Positions 50,088-58,971 of a stretch of 64,000 bases of DNA are shown here, in pieces. This DNA is from Spirochaetaceae bacterium (GTDB taxonomy: Bacteria > Spirochaetota > Spirochaetia > DSM-2461). The stretch's first letter is position 1. Every line of letters begins with the position of its first letter. Under the pieces are notes generated by a model. The model ran no database searches. It worked only from the letters and a program-made list of their open reading frames with translations, and was not told where the DNA came from. The translations under genes and the position numbers were made by a program. The DNA lies in the NCBI GenBank assembly GCA_051531975.1, contig JAOPTT010000006.1, forward strand, positions 288,656-352,655. The letters run 5' to 3'.

Positions 50088-50316
50088 TTCTAAAAACGGT
50101 CGAGATTCTCAATCTAAACGACTTGGTATAAAAAAATTCGGCGGCGAAACTGTAAAAGCTGGTGAAATTATTTTAAGACAACGAGGAACTAGGATTTATC
50201 CTGGTGAAAATGTTGGTCTAGGTAGAGATTATACTCTTTTTGCTAAAGAAGCAGGAAAAGTTGTTTTTGGAACTAAGAAAAACAAAAAAAATGTCTCTAT
50301 AGCTTTAGAGGCTTAA
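50062..50316 (+). CDS. rpmA: 50S ribosomal protein L27
   Basis: [21 protein letters not shown]. Confidence 0.97.
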   Translation: MAHKKGGGSSKNGRDSQSKRLGIKKFGGETVKAGEIILRQRGTRIYPGENVGLGRDYTLFAKEAGKVVFGTKKNKKNVSIALEA

Positions 50317-50327
50317 GGAAACTATAA

Positions 50328-51314
50328 TTGCGTGGCTTTATAGACGAAACTCGGATTGAAGTTTTTTCAGGAAACGGAGGTCCGGGTGCAGTATCTTTTA
50401 GACGTGAAAAATACGTCGAAAAAGGTGGTCCCGATGGGGGCGATGGTGGAAAAGGTGGAAGTGTAACCTTCCAAGTTCGTAGGAACTTAAAAACCTTTTC
50501 TCACTTAAATTCCAGACACACATTTAAAGCAAAAAATGGTGGACAAGGAAGTGGTAAAAAATGTCATGGAGCAAATGGTGCAGATGTATTATTACAGGTG
50601 CCTCCAGGTACAATTGTTCGTGACTATAAATCAAAAGAAATCATAATCGACTTTTCTGATATTGAGGAAAAAGAGTTTGTTTTATTAGAAGGTGGTAGAG
50701 GGGGTCAAGGTAATTGGCACTTTAGAACTGCTCGTAGACAACTTCCTAGATTTGCTCAGCCAGGAGAAGAAGGGGATTATCAAGAATTACTTTTAGAATT
50801 AAATATGATAGCAGATTTAGGATTTGTTGGATTTCCAAATGCTGGAAAATCAAGTTTACTAAAAATGTTAACTAATGCTGATCCAAAAGTTGCTTCTTAT
50901 GCTTTTACAACTAAAATTCCAAACTTAGGTGTATTAAGAATACATGATAAGGATGTTATATTAGCTGATATACCAGGTATTATTGAAGGTGCCCACAGTG
51001 GAACAGGTTTAGGAATACGTTTTTTAAAACATATTGCAAGAACTGCAGCTTTAGTATTTATGGTAGATTTAAGTGATCCTGATTATCTGGGACATTATGA
51101 GAAGCTTTTATTTGAAGTTGGAGAATTTCAAGCAGATTTGTTAGATAAACCAAGACTTTTACTTGCTACTAAAATTGATGTAGAAGGAACAGAAGAAAAT
51201 TTACAAGAGCTTTGTAAAAAATACCCTGATCTTGATATTACTGCAATTTCTGTGTTTGCAAGAACTGGAATTGAAGATATCACTGTGAAATTCTTTGAAT
51301 TAGCCCACAAATGA
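50328..51314 (+). CDS. obgE: GTPase Obg/CgtA (short form)
   Basis: Gly-rich Obg fold, GFPNAGKS, FTT, DIPG, TKID. Confidence 0.96.
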   Translation: MRGFIDETRIEVFSGNGGPGAVSFRREKYVEKGGPDGGDGGKGGSVTFQVRRNLKTFSHLNSRHTFKAKNGGQGSGKKCHGANGADVLLQVPPGTIVRDYKSKEIIIDFSDIEEKEFVLLEGGRGGQGNWHFRTARRQLPRFAQPGEEGDYQELLLELNMIADLGFVGFPNAGKSSLLKMLTNADPKVASYAFTTKIPNLGVLRIHDKDVILADIPGIIEGAHSGTGLGIRFLKHIARTAALVFMVDLSDPDYLGHYEKLLFEVGEFQADLLDKPRLLLATKIDVEGTEENLQELCKKYPDLDITAISVFARTGIEDITVKFFELAHK

Positions 51315-51877
51315 GATTAGCAATATTAGGTGGAACTTTTAATCCACCTCATTTGGGGCATCTTTTTTTTGCCAATGAAGTCAGAGAACTTCTAAAATAT
51401 GATAAAATTATTTTTGTACCTTCTGCTATTTCAGCACATAAAATTAATGATAAAAGTATTAAAGATTCTCATAGATTAAATATGATTAAATTAGCTGTTG
51501 AAGATTTTTCTTGGGCAAGTGTATCTGATTGTGATATTATCCGGGGTGGAATTACTAGAACTGTTGATACTATTCATGATATTTCATTAATCTTCAACTT
51601 AAAACACAAACCTGGATTTATAATTGGAGCTGATCTTGTTAAAGGATTTTCAAATTGGAGAGATCCTGAGATAATAGCAGATAAATCTGATTTAATTGTT
51701 GGAAAAAGAGATTCAGAAGACGTTTCATTGAAATATAAACATTTCACTGTAAATAATAAAATATTTCCATTATCTTCAACAGAGATAAGAAATAGAGTAT
51801 TGGAAGGTAAAAGTATAAACTTTTTACTACCAGAGAAAGTGATTAAATATATTGAAAAAAATGAATTATATAAATAA
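51311..51877 (+). CDS. nadD: nicotinate-nucleotide adenylyltransferase
   Basis: GGTFNPPHLGH, IIGAD, SSTEIR. Confidence 0.94.
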   Translation: MRLAILGGTFNPPHLGHLFFANEVRELLKYDKIIFVPSAISAHKINDKSIKDSHRLNMIKLAVEDFSWASVSDCDIIRGGITRTVDTIHDISLIFNLKHKPGFIIGADLVKGFSNWRDPEIIADKSDLIVGKRDSEDVSLKYKHFTVNNKIFPLSSTEIRNRVLEGKSINFLLPEKVIKYIEKNELYK

Positions 51878-52448
51878 TTTATCTTTAATTGATAATTATC
51901 TTCAGAATAATTTAAGTCAGAAGAGATACAATCATTCAACTGAAGTTGCAAAAATGTCAAAAGAGATTTCAATGTTATTTAATATAGATTCTAAAAAATC
52001 TTTTTTTGCCGGTTTATGTCACGATATTGCTAGGGAATTTAAAATTTCATTTTTAAAAGAGGAAATATTAAAACATTCAGGATTTTCAAAAGATTTTTAT
52101 TTATTACCCCAATTATTTCATGGTCCCGTTGGAGCTTCTTTTTTAACACAAAAATTTGATATAGTGGACCCAGAAATTTTAGAGGCAGTTTGTTACCACT
52201 CTATTGGTCATTCTGGTATAGGGTATATTGCAAAAGTTGTTTTTGTAGCAGATTATATATCAAGAGATAGAACTCATATTGATAATAATTTTAGAAATTA
52301 TATTTTAAATCTTGATTTAGATAATATGATTATTAAGGTTGTTGATAAGAGTAAAGAGTATTTACTTATAAAAGGAAAAACTATTTTAACTGAAACTGAA
52401 ACTATGTATAATCATATTATGAGGTGGCCGAGTGAAAAAGAAACATGA
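51852..52448 (+). CDS. yqeK: HD-domain bis(5'-nucleosyl)-tetraphosphatase YqeK
   Basis: RYNHS, GLCHDIAR, HGPVGA, ADY; follows nadD. Confidence 0.88.
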   Translation: MKKMNYINNLSLIDNYLQNNLSQKRYNHSTEVAKMSKEISMLFNIDSKKSFFAGLCHDIAREFKISFLKEEILKHSGFSKDFYLLPQLFHGPVGASFLTQKFDIVDPEILEAVCYHSIGHSGIGYIAKVVFVADYISRDRTHIDNNFRNYILNLDLDNMIIKVVDKSKEYLLIKGKTILTETETMYNHIMRWPSEKET

Positions 52449-53613
52449 ATTTGATAAAAGCCTTCTTATATTATTTGCTATTATATTAATTACAACTATA
52501 ACTGCTCTTTTTTTGTATTTAAATGTACGAGTCGATCGTATATCACAAATAATTAAGGATCATGGTGTTTTAAAAGTACTAATAACAGTGGTTGAAGATG
52601 AAAAACCATTGATAACTCAAGTTCTATTGATAAATACAGATACAAATAAAGGTGCATTAATAGATATACCAGGAAATACGGGATCAATCATAGAGTCTCA
52701 ACAAAGATTTTCAAGAGTTGATTCAATATATAGTGATCAAGGAATAGATGCTTATAGGAGTAAAATTGGTAATATATTATCAATAGATATACCTTTTCAT
52801 ATAAATCTTGATGTAGCTGATTTTTCTCAAACTATTGACTTCCTTGATGGATTAGATCTCTTTGTTTCAAAATCTATAGAGACAATATCTGATAGTTTTT
52901 ATATTCCTTCAGGAAGTGTTGTTTTAGAAGGTGATAAGGTTTTACAATATCTTAACCTAAATATAGAAGGTGAACATAAAACTGCTAAAGTTAGTAGAAG
53001 GCATAAGATAATTCAAAGTTATTTAGCTCAATTAAAGATTTATTCAGATAAAATAACTAAAGAAAATATTTTACTTGAAATGTCATCTAGATTAACTACA
53101 AATCTAGATCTAGCAGCATTAGAAAAACTTTTTGATTTATTTGGTATTTTAGAAGTTGATAGACTAGTTTTTCAAGGAGTTTTGGGAGAAAATAAAATTG
53201 TAAGTGATGATGAGTTAATTTTTCCTTACAATAAAGAGAATTTAATTAAAGTTATAGTTAAACGAATATTAATTAATTTAAGTAATCCTGAAGTAATTAG
53301 TGATGAAAAATTAAATTTTAATATTCAAGTATTAAATGGTACTAGTATACCAGGTTTAGCCTCAAGAGCTTCAATATATTTGAGTAGCTTTGGTTATACA
53401 ATGTCCGATCCTGGAAATGCATCAAAAGGTTCAGACGAATATGAATATACAAGTATACTAATTAGAAAAGGCAACAAAGAAGCTGCCGAAAGCATTGGAG
53501 AGTTAATTAATTGTGATGATATTTATTCCAATATTGAAGAAGGGATAGATGATACAATTGATTTTACAATAATATTAGGAAAGGATTTTGATGGAAAACG
53601 TTGTAAAGATTAA
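52432..53613 (+). CDS. LCP family protein with C-terminal LytR_C domain
   Basis: N-terminal TM, DIPGNT, VLNGTSIPGLA, IILGKDF. Confidence 0.85.
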   Translation: MKKKHEFDKSLLILFAIILITTITALFLYLNVRVDRISQIIKDHGVLKVLITVVEDEKPLITQVLLINTDTNKGALIDIPGNTGSIIESQQRFSRVDSIYSDQGIDAYRSKIGNILSIDIPFHINLDVADFSQTIDFLDGLDLFVSKSIETISDSFYIPSGSVVLEGDKVLQYLNLNIEGEHKTAKVSRRHKIIQSYLAQLKIYSDKITKENILLEMSSRLTTNLDLAALEKLFDLFGILEVDRLVFQGVLGENKIVSDDELIFPYNKENLIKVIVKRILINLSNPEVISDEKLNFNIQVLNGTSIPGLASRASIYLSSFGYTMSDPGNASKGSDEYEYTSILIRKGNKEAAESIGELINCDDIYSNIEEGIDDTIDFTIILGKDFDGKRCKD

Positions 53614-53959
53614 AAATGATGTACTCTTATTAGCAGAAGAGATAGATGGATTAAAAGGGTTAGATACACTTGCTATAGATTTAGGAAACGATTGTAGTTG
53701 GACAGGTTACTTTATAATTAGTACTTGTAGTAGTAGTGCACACCTTAGAGGTGTAGTTGATCAAATAAGACAAAAAGTTCATACACTTAATTATAATATT
53801 AAACAAAATAGAAAAAATCCTGGTAACCAAGGTTGGGTTTTGCTAGATTGTGGTGATTTTGTAATTCACTTGATGACAGAAGAATCTAGATTATTTTATA
53901 ACTTAGAGGATAGATGGGATAGAGCAGAAAAAATTTATTCATCATCAATACTATCATAG
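53591..53959 (+). CDS. rsfS: ribosome silencing factor RsfS (Iojap)
   Basis: YFIIST, WVLLDCGDFVIHL...FYNLEDRW. Confidence 0.93.
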   Translation: MENVVKIKNDVLLLAEEIDGLKGLDTLAIDLGNDCSWTGYFIISTCSSSAHLRGVVDQIRQKVHTLNYNIKQNRKNPGNQGWVLLDCGDFVIHLMTEESRLFYNLEDRWDRAEKIYSSSILS

Positions 53960-54216
53960 TCATCAGCTTCTGATTGATCGACATATTTATAGTTGTCTAC
54001 ATTCCCTGAATCATCTGATTCAGGGATATCACTCTCTAAATCATCATCAAAGTCTTCATATTCATCTACAATAGTTTCATCTAAACCGATACCATCATCT
54101 AATAAATTGAAGGTATCATCTACTTCTTCATAATGATCATCTTCTGTATTACTGTCTAATACAATAATAGAAGAAAAAAAGATCTCTTTTTGACTAATTG
54201 AAAAACCTGCAAACAT
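53935..54216 (-). CDS. small, highly acidic hypothetical protein
   Basis: ATG at 54216 with SD GAGG and a TTGACA-N18-TATATT promoter (54276-54247); Asp/Glu-rich. Confidence 0.6.
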   Translation of the reverse strand: MFAGFSISQKEIFFSSIIVLDSNTEDDHYEEVDDTFNLLDDGIGLDETIVDEYEDFDDDLESDIPESDDSGNVDNYKYVDQSEADDYDSIDDE

Positions 54217-54290
54217 AGTAATCCTCACTAAAGAAAAGCTATATTGAATATATTTATAATGTATGTGTATTGTCAATATGAATATGGCAA

Positions 54291-54767
54291 TTAACTAATA
54301 TTTATTCCAATAAATACTTTGAATTGACCAAAATGATCTTTTATATAAAAAGTTTCTGTTGTGTCAAAATCTGAAATGCTCGCAAATATAGAACTACCTA
54401 CAATTATAGAAGGTGGGGTAATATTGCAATCCAAGTCAATCTCAGAGAGATGAATTGTTGTTCTACCACATATTTGATTAACAATTTCACTAAAAGTTGA
54501 TTTGTGAAAGTCGCCAAAATCATTTTCTATATCTTCCATACCTACATATTCAGCAAGAATCTTTACAAAATTATTTGCACTATTTAAATCAGATTCTAAC
54601 ATTAGATACCCACTAACATCACCAGTTAAGCCAATTGTTACCAAGACGGAATAATCTACTTCAGTACTAATGAGATCAACTGTTGCCTCATGGAAACCTG
54701 TTTCATTCATTATTTCATGTATAGATGTACTAAAACATTTGATTGCATTTTCAGAAATTTTACTCAT
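54291..54767 (-). CDS. cheX: chemotaxis phosphatase CheX
   Basis: IGLTGDVSG, SEIVNQICG (ExxN), NITPPSII. Confidence 0.88.
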   Translation of the reverse strand: MSKISENAIKCFSTSIHEIMNETGFHEATVDLISTEVDYSVLVTIGLTGDVSGYLMLESDLNSANNFVKILAEYVGMEDIENDFGDFHKSTFSEIVNQICGRTTIHLSEIDLDCNITPPSIIVGSSIFASISDFDTTETFYIKDHFGQFKVFIGINIS

Positions 54768-54773
54768 ATATGA

Positions 54774-54802
54774 ATTATAGGAAGTATATATTTAGTTGTC
54801 AA
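54774..54802 (-). promoter_or_regulatory. consensus sigma70 promoter giving a predicted leaderless cheX mRNA
   Basis: TTGACA-N17-TATAAT, then 6 nt, then ATG. Confidence 0.75.
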
Positions 54803-55165
54803 ATGTATAATAATATATTTATAAGTGTTACGGATTATTTAATTTATAATATTATATAGTAATATCAAAAATATAGTTCATTACATTTAATTGTTATATT
54901 ATTTAATAATGTATAATGTAGTATCACATTAAAATTACCTTTAAACACTAGAATTGAGGTTCTGGAGACTACGGTTAAATATTTTTGTATTATATTGTTA
55001 TTAAACTTTTGTCATAGTTTAAAGCTTTAATTTGGATTTTTAATTAACGCTATGATATTTTCAATAAACTTTATCTATTACAAAACCTATTAAAGTTAAA
55101 GTATGAATGATTATTTATTAAATTAGTTTATATACATATTATTATCTAAGAAATATAATAATAAT

Positions 55166-56056
55166 ATGAATATAGAATATAGAATAAAATCACCTTGTAA
55201 AATCAATTTACATTTAGAAGTACATAATAAGAGGGATGATGGGTTTCATAATCTAACATCTATTTTTCAATTAATTTCTTTAGAAGATGAAATTTGTGTC
55301 AAAAAAAACAGTAATAATGAAGTGAATATTTTTGGTGATTTTGACTGTAAAAAAGAAGATAATTTAATATATAAAGCTGTAATACTTTTTTTTGAAACAG
55401 GCAATATCTCTGGTGGATTAGATTTTTATGTTAAGAAGAATGTACCTAGTGGAGGTGGTATTGGAGGTGGTAGTAGCAATTGTGCTGCAACACTGAAACT
55501 ATTAGATTATATATTTCCCGGAAAAGTTACTACGAAACAGTTGTCTACAATTGCGTTAAGTTTAGGCAGTGATGTTCCATTCTTTTTGGGTTCAGGATCT
55601 GCATTAGTTAGAGGTAGAGGTGAGATCATTAAATCTATTGATACTATATCAGATTATTCATTAATAATAATAAATCCATCAATACATATTTCTACTTCTA
55701 AAGCTTTTAAATTATTGTCTCAATCTTGTAAATTAGAGGATGAAAATAGAGATAATACTGATAAAATATTAAGTTTATATAATTCCGGATATAAATATTT
55801 CTCTGAATTTAAAAATAGTTTTGAAATAGCGTTGCAATCAGATTATACTTTCGTAAATGATATAAAGAATTCTTTGTTAAGTTGTGGAGCTGTTCATGCA
55901 GGACTTTCTGGAAGCGGTAGCACTATGTTTGGTGTTTTTAAAGATATCGAAGGTGCTAGAAAAGCAAAGGATTTATTCGCTGGGTATAAAACATATAAGT
56001 TTTATATAGTTAAACCATTAGTAGATTATCCTAAAGTTAAGGAATTCATCTTCTAG
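55166..56056 (+). CDS. ispE: 4-diphosphocytidyl-2-C-methyl-D-erythritol kinase
   Basis: KINLHL, PSGGGIGGGSSN, LGSDVPFF, LSGSGST. Confidence 0.94.
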   Translation: MNIEYRIKSPCKINLHLEVHNKRDDGFHNLTSIFQLISLEDEICVKKNSNNEVNIFGDFDCKKEDNLIYKAVILFFETGNISGGLDFYVKKNVPSGGGIGGGSSNCAATLKLLDYIFPGKVTTKQLSTIALSLGSDVPFFLGSGSALVRGRGEIIKSIDTISDYSLIIINPSIHISTSKAFKLLSQSCKLEDENRDNTDKILSLYNSGYKYFSEFKNSFEIALQSDYTFVNDIKNSLLSCGAVHAGLSGSGSTMFGVFKDIEGARKAKDLFAGYKTYKFYIVKPLVDYPKVKEFIF

Positions 56057-56080
56057 TAGGTATGCTACAGGAGGAACACC

Positions 56081-56359
56081 GTGGAGATTACAGATATCCG
56101 AATTAGAAAAGTTGATGCAGAAGGTAAATTGAAAGCATATGTAACAGTGACCTTCGATGAATCGTTTGTTGTCCATAACGTAAAGGTTATCGAGGGTGAA
56201 AATGGTGTTTTTATTGCTATGCCAAGTAGAAAGACACGAAAGGGTGAATTTAAAGATGTTGCGCATCCAATTAATACAGAATTTAGAAATAAGATGCAGC
56301 AACAAATCTTAGAATCTTATCATAATCCCGAACTCTATGGGGAGCATGAAGAGTATTAA
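56081..56359 (+). CDS. spoVG: nucleic-acid-binding regulator SpoVG
   Basis: [32 protein letters not shown]. Confidence 0.95.
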   Translation: MEITDIRIRKVDAEGKLKAYVTVTFDESFVVHNVKVIEGENGVFIAMPSRKTRKGEFKDVAHPINTEFRNKMQQQILESYHNPELYGEHEEY

Positions 56360-56519
56360 GTTTTTTTGCATGAAAAGTATTGACGGTGCACCTTAAAAAT
56401 GATTATTATTCAATTCGTAAAACTGTTGACCATCGTTGAACTTTAGTAGCATATTATTTTTTATGCATTCATTATGTTGGATCAAAATGGTTAATATTTA
56501 TTAAAATAAGGAGATAGAT

Positions 56520-57119
56520 ATGGAAAAAAGAACCTTATCTGTTGTTAAGAGAACAAGTATTGGTAAACATGCACTTAAAGCTGTTAGAAAAGATGGTTTA
56601 ATACCAGCTGTAATGTATGGTCATTCTGAAAATGTATTATTTTCTGTAGATGCTCGAGAATTTGGTAATAAATTTAAAGTTATTTCTGAAAATACAATTA
56701 TAGACCTTAAAGATGGTAAAAAAGCTTATCAAGTTTTAATTAAAGACTTTCAGGAAAATGTATTAAAAGGTGAAATTATTCACATTGACTTCTATGAAGT
56801 TGAAAAAGGTAAAACACTACATACTGCAGTTCCTATACATGCTGAAGGTACAGCTGAAGGTGTTCGTCTTGGTGGAAGTTTAAATATTGTAATTCATGAA
56901 TTACAAGTTGAATGTCTTCCAAAAGATATACCTGAATTATTCACTGTTAATATTGATGCACTTCAAATTGGTGATTCACTACATGTAAGTGACATTGCTA
57001 AAGTTAAAGGTGTTAAAATACTTTCTAGTCCTGATCAAGTTATTGTAAATGTTGCAAAAGCCGTTGGTGCTCTTGAAACAGAAGAAGAAGTTGAAGAAGA
57101 AACTCCTATAGAAGAGTAA
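56520..57119 (+). CDS. rplY: 50S ribosomal protein L25 / general stress protein Ctc
   Basis: IPAVMYG, HIDFY, GVRLGG, CLPKDIP, acidic tail. Confidence 0.95.
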   Translation: MEKRTLSVVKRTSIGKHALKAVRKDGLIPAVMYGHSENVLFSVDAREFGNKFKVISENTIIDLKDGKKAYQVLIKDFQENVLKGEIIHIDFYEVEKGKTLHTAVPIHAEGTAEGVRLGGSLNIVIHELQVECLPKDIPELFTVNIDALQIGDSLHVSDIAKVKGVKILSSPDQVIVNVAKAVGALETEEEVEEETPIEE

Positions 57120-57691
57120 TGTTGACTTTCTTAATAATTGGTCTCGGTAATCCTGGATTTAAATATTCAGGAACTAGGCATAATGCTGGCTTTGATGTTG
57201 TTAATAAAATGGCATCAAAGTTTAGTGTTAATTTCAAAAAACCATTATTTAAAAATTACTACATAGCTAAAATTCGTCATGAAAACAATCTTTTTATTTT
57301 AATAAAACCAAATACTTTTATGAATAGATCTGGAGAAGTTATACCTGGTTTGTTGTATAAATATAAACTAACCCATAATAATCTTATTGTTGTAGTTGAT
57401 AATCTTGATATAAATAAAGGTTATCTTAAATTTAAATTAAAAGGTTCTGATGGGGGACATAATGGCTTAAAGTCAATTTATGATTATATTGGTACAAATG
57501 AGTATAAAAGACTCTTTGTTGGTATAGGCAGACCTACCGATGGTGAGTCTATAATTGAATACGTTCTTTCAAAGATGGAAGACAGTGCTATCTTTGATGC
57601 TATTGATAGGTCAGTTCAAGGTTTATTGAAATTACCCACAGATAGAATTGATCAGATAATGAATTATCTAAACAGAAGAAAACTTGATTAA
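57119..57691 (+). CDS. pth: peptidyl-tRNA hydrolase
   Basis: GLGNPG, TRHNAGF, KPNTFMNRSG, GGHNGLKS, VGIGRP. Confidence 0.96.
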   Translation: MLTFLIIGLGNPGFKYSGTRHNAGFDVVNKMASKFSVNFKKPLFKNYYIAKIRHENNLFILIKPNTFMNRSGEVIPGLLYKYKLTHNNLIVVVDNLDINKGYLKFKLKGSDGGHNGLKSIYDYIGTNEYKRLFVGIGRPTDGESIIEYVLSKMEDSAIFDAIDRSVQGLLKLPTDRIDQIMNYLNRRKLD

Positions 57692-58964
57692 TAATATAAT
57701 AAATTATTTAGAAAATAACTCAATTAATAACAAGAAAATAATTGTTGCAGTTTCTGGTGGACCAGATTCAATTTGCTTACTTTATTTATTATTTAATGTA
57801 AAAGAAAAGTTCAACATAAATATTGAAGCTGCTTATGTTAGTCATGGTATTAGGTCAAATGAAGAAAACTTAGAAGACTATAAACTTATACAAAAACACT
57901 GTGATTTATTAAATATTAAACTTCATATTCAAAATATACCATATGGTGAAATACAACAAACTGCTAAATCACTTAAAAAAAGCATTGAAGTAGTAGCGAG
58001 AGATATACGTTACAGTTTTTTCAAAACATTAACTAAGCATAACGATTTAATAGCGGTTGGTCATAATAGAGATGATCAGATAGAAACACAACTGATGAGA
58101 ATATTTCAAGGTAGTTCTATCGATGGCTTGTTGGGAATTAAACATAGCAGAGACAATATTATTAGACCTTTAATAAATGTAGATAAATCAAAAATTTTAC
58201 AATATTTAGATGAAAATAAAATTGCGTATTTAATTGATAAATCTAATTTAGAATTAGACTATTTAAGAAATAAGATTCGAATCTCTTTAATACCACAAAT
58301 AAAAGAAATTTTCCCAGGGTATAAAAAAGGATTAGAAAATTTTTCATTAGAATTAAAAAGATATAAAGATGTTGTTGATGATATTTACACACCTTTAGTA
58401 TGGTTTAAGAAGAATTCTTGTTTTGAAACTAACTTTAGTCAATTTGAAAAATTACCATTTATTAAAAGAAAAGATGAAGTATATAAAATTTTTAATATAA
58501 GTTACCTAGGAGAGTATAAGTCATTAAGACTTCCTAAAAGGTTTCTATTATCGTTAAATAAAAGTTCTTTTAAAGATAATGAAATAATCTTAGAAGGGCA
58601 TGGCATTCGTTTATTTCGTGCATCCGATAAATTAATTTGGACTACTAATTTAAGAAATAAGTTTTTTTTTAATATGATAATCTCTGAAATTAAAAATTAT
58701 AGAAATAGTTTATTAGATATAAATATTTCCTATGAGAATATTGGATTATTCATTCCCAATATAACACTACCATTTACTATTCGAAATATAAAAGAAGGTT
58801 ATCCTGAGATTAATATAATTAAAAAGTTTGGAGTAATGTTACATAATTATAATAAAATTATCATTGTAGAGAAAGAGAATCATGTTTATGCTATCATATA
58901 TAATGGTGCTCTGATTTATTGTAAAGAAACTGGGGATTCAGGGCTATATATAAATTTAAACTGA
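57684..58964 (+). CDS. tilS: tRNA(Ile)-lysidine synthetase
   Basis: AVSGGPDS PP-loop, ARDIRY, GHNRDDQIET, IRPL, YLRNKIR. Confidence 0.93.
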   Translation: MINNIINYLENNSINNKKIIVAVSGGPDSICLLYLLFNVKEKFNINIEAAYVSHGIRSNEENLEDYKLIQKHCDLLNIKLHIQNIPYGEIQQTAKSLKKSIEVVARDIRYSFFKTLTKHNDLIAVGHNRDDQIETQLMRIFQGSSIDGLLGIKHSRDNIIRPLINVDKSKILQYLDENKIAYLIDKSNLELDYLRNKIRISLIPQIKEIFPGYKKGLENFSLELKRYKDVVDDIYTPLVWFKKNSCFETNFSQFEKLPFIKRKDEVYKIFNISYLGEYKSLRLPKRFLLSLNKSSFKDNEIILEGHGIRLFRASDKLIWTTNLRNKFFFNMIISEIKNYRNSLLDINISYENIGLFIPNITLPFTIRNIKEGYPEINIIKKFGVMLHNYNKIIIVEKENHVYAIIYNGALIYCKETGDSGLYINLN

Positions 58965-58971
58965 GGTATAT

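Noticed and set aside
56360..56519. Possible tRNA-Gln, often found near ispE-rplY-pth
   Set aside because: No cloverleaf, TTCGA T-loop or D-loop GG; kept only as a candidate leader hairpin
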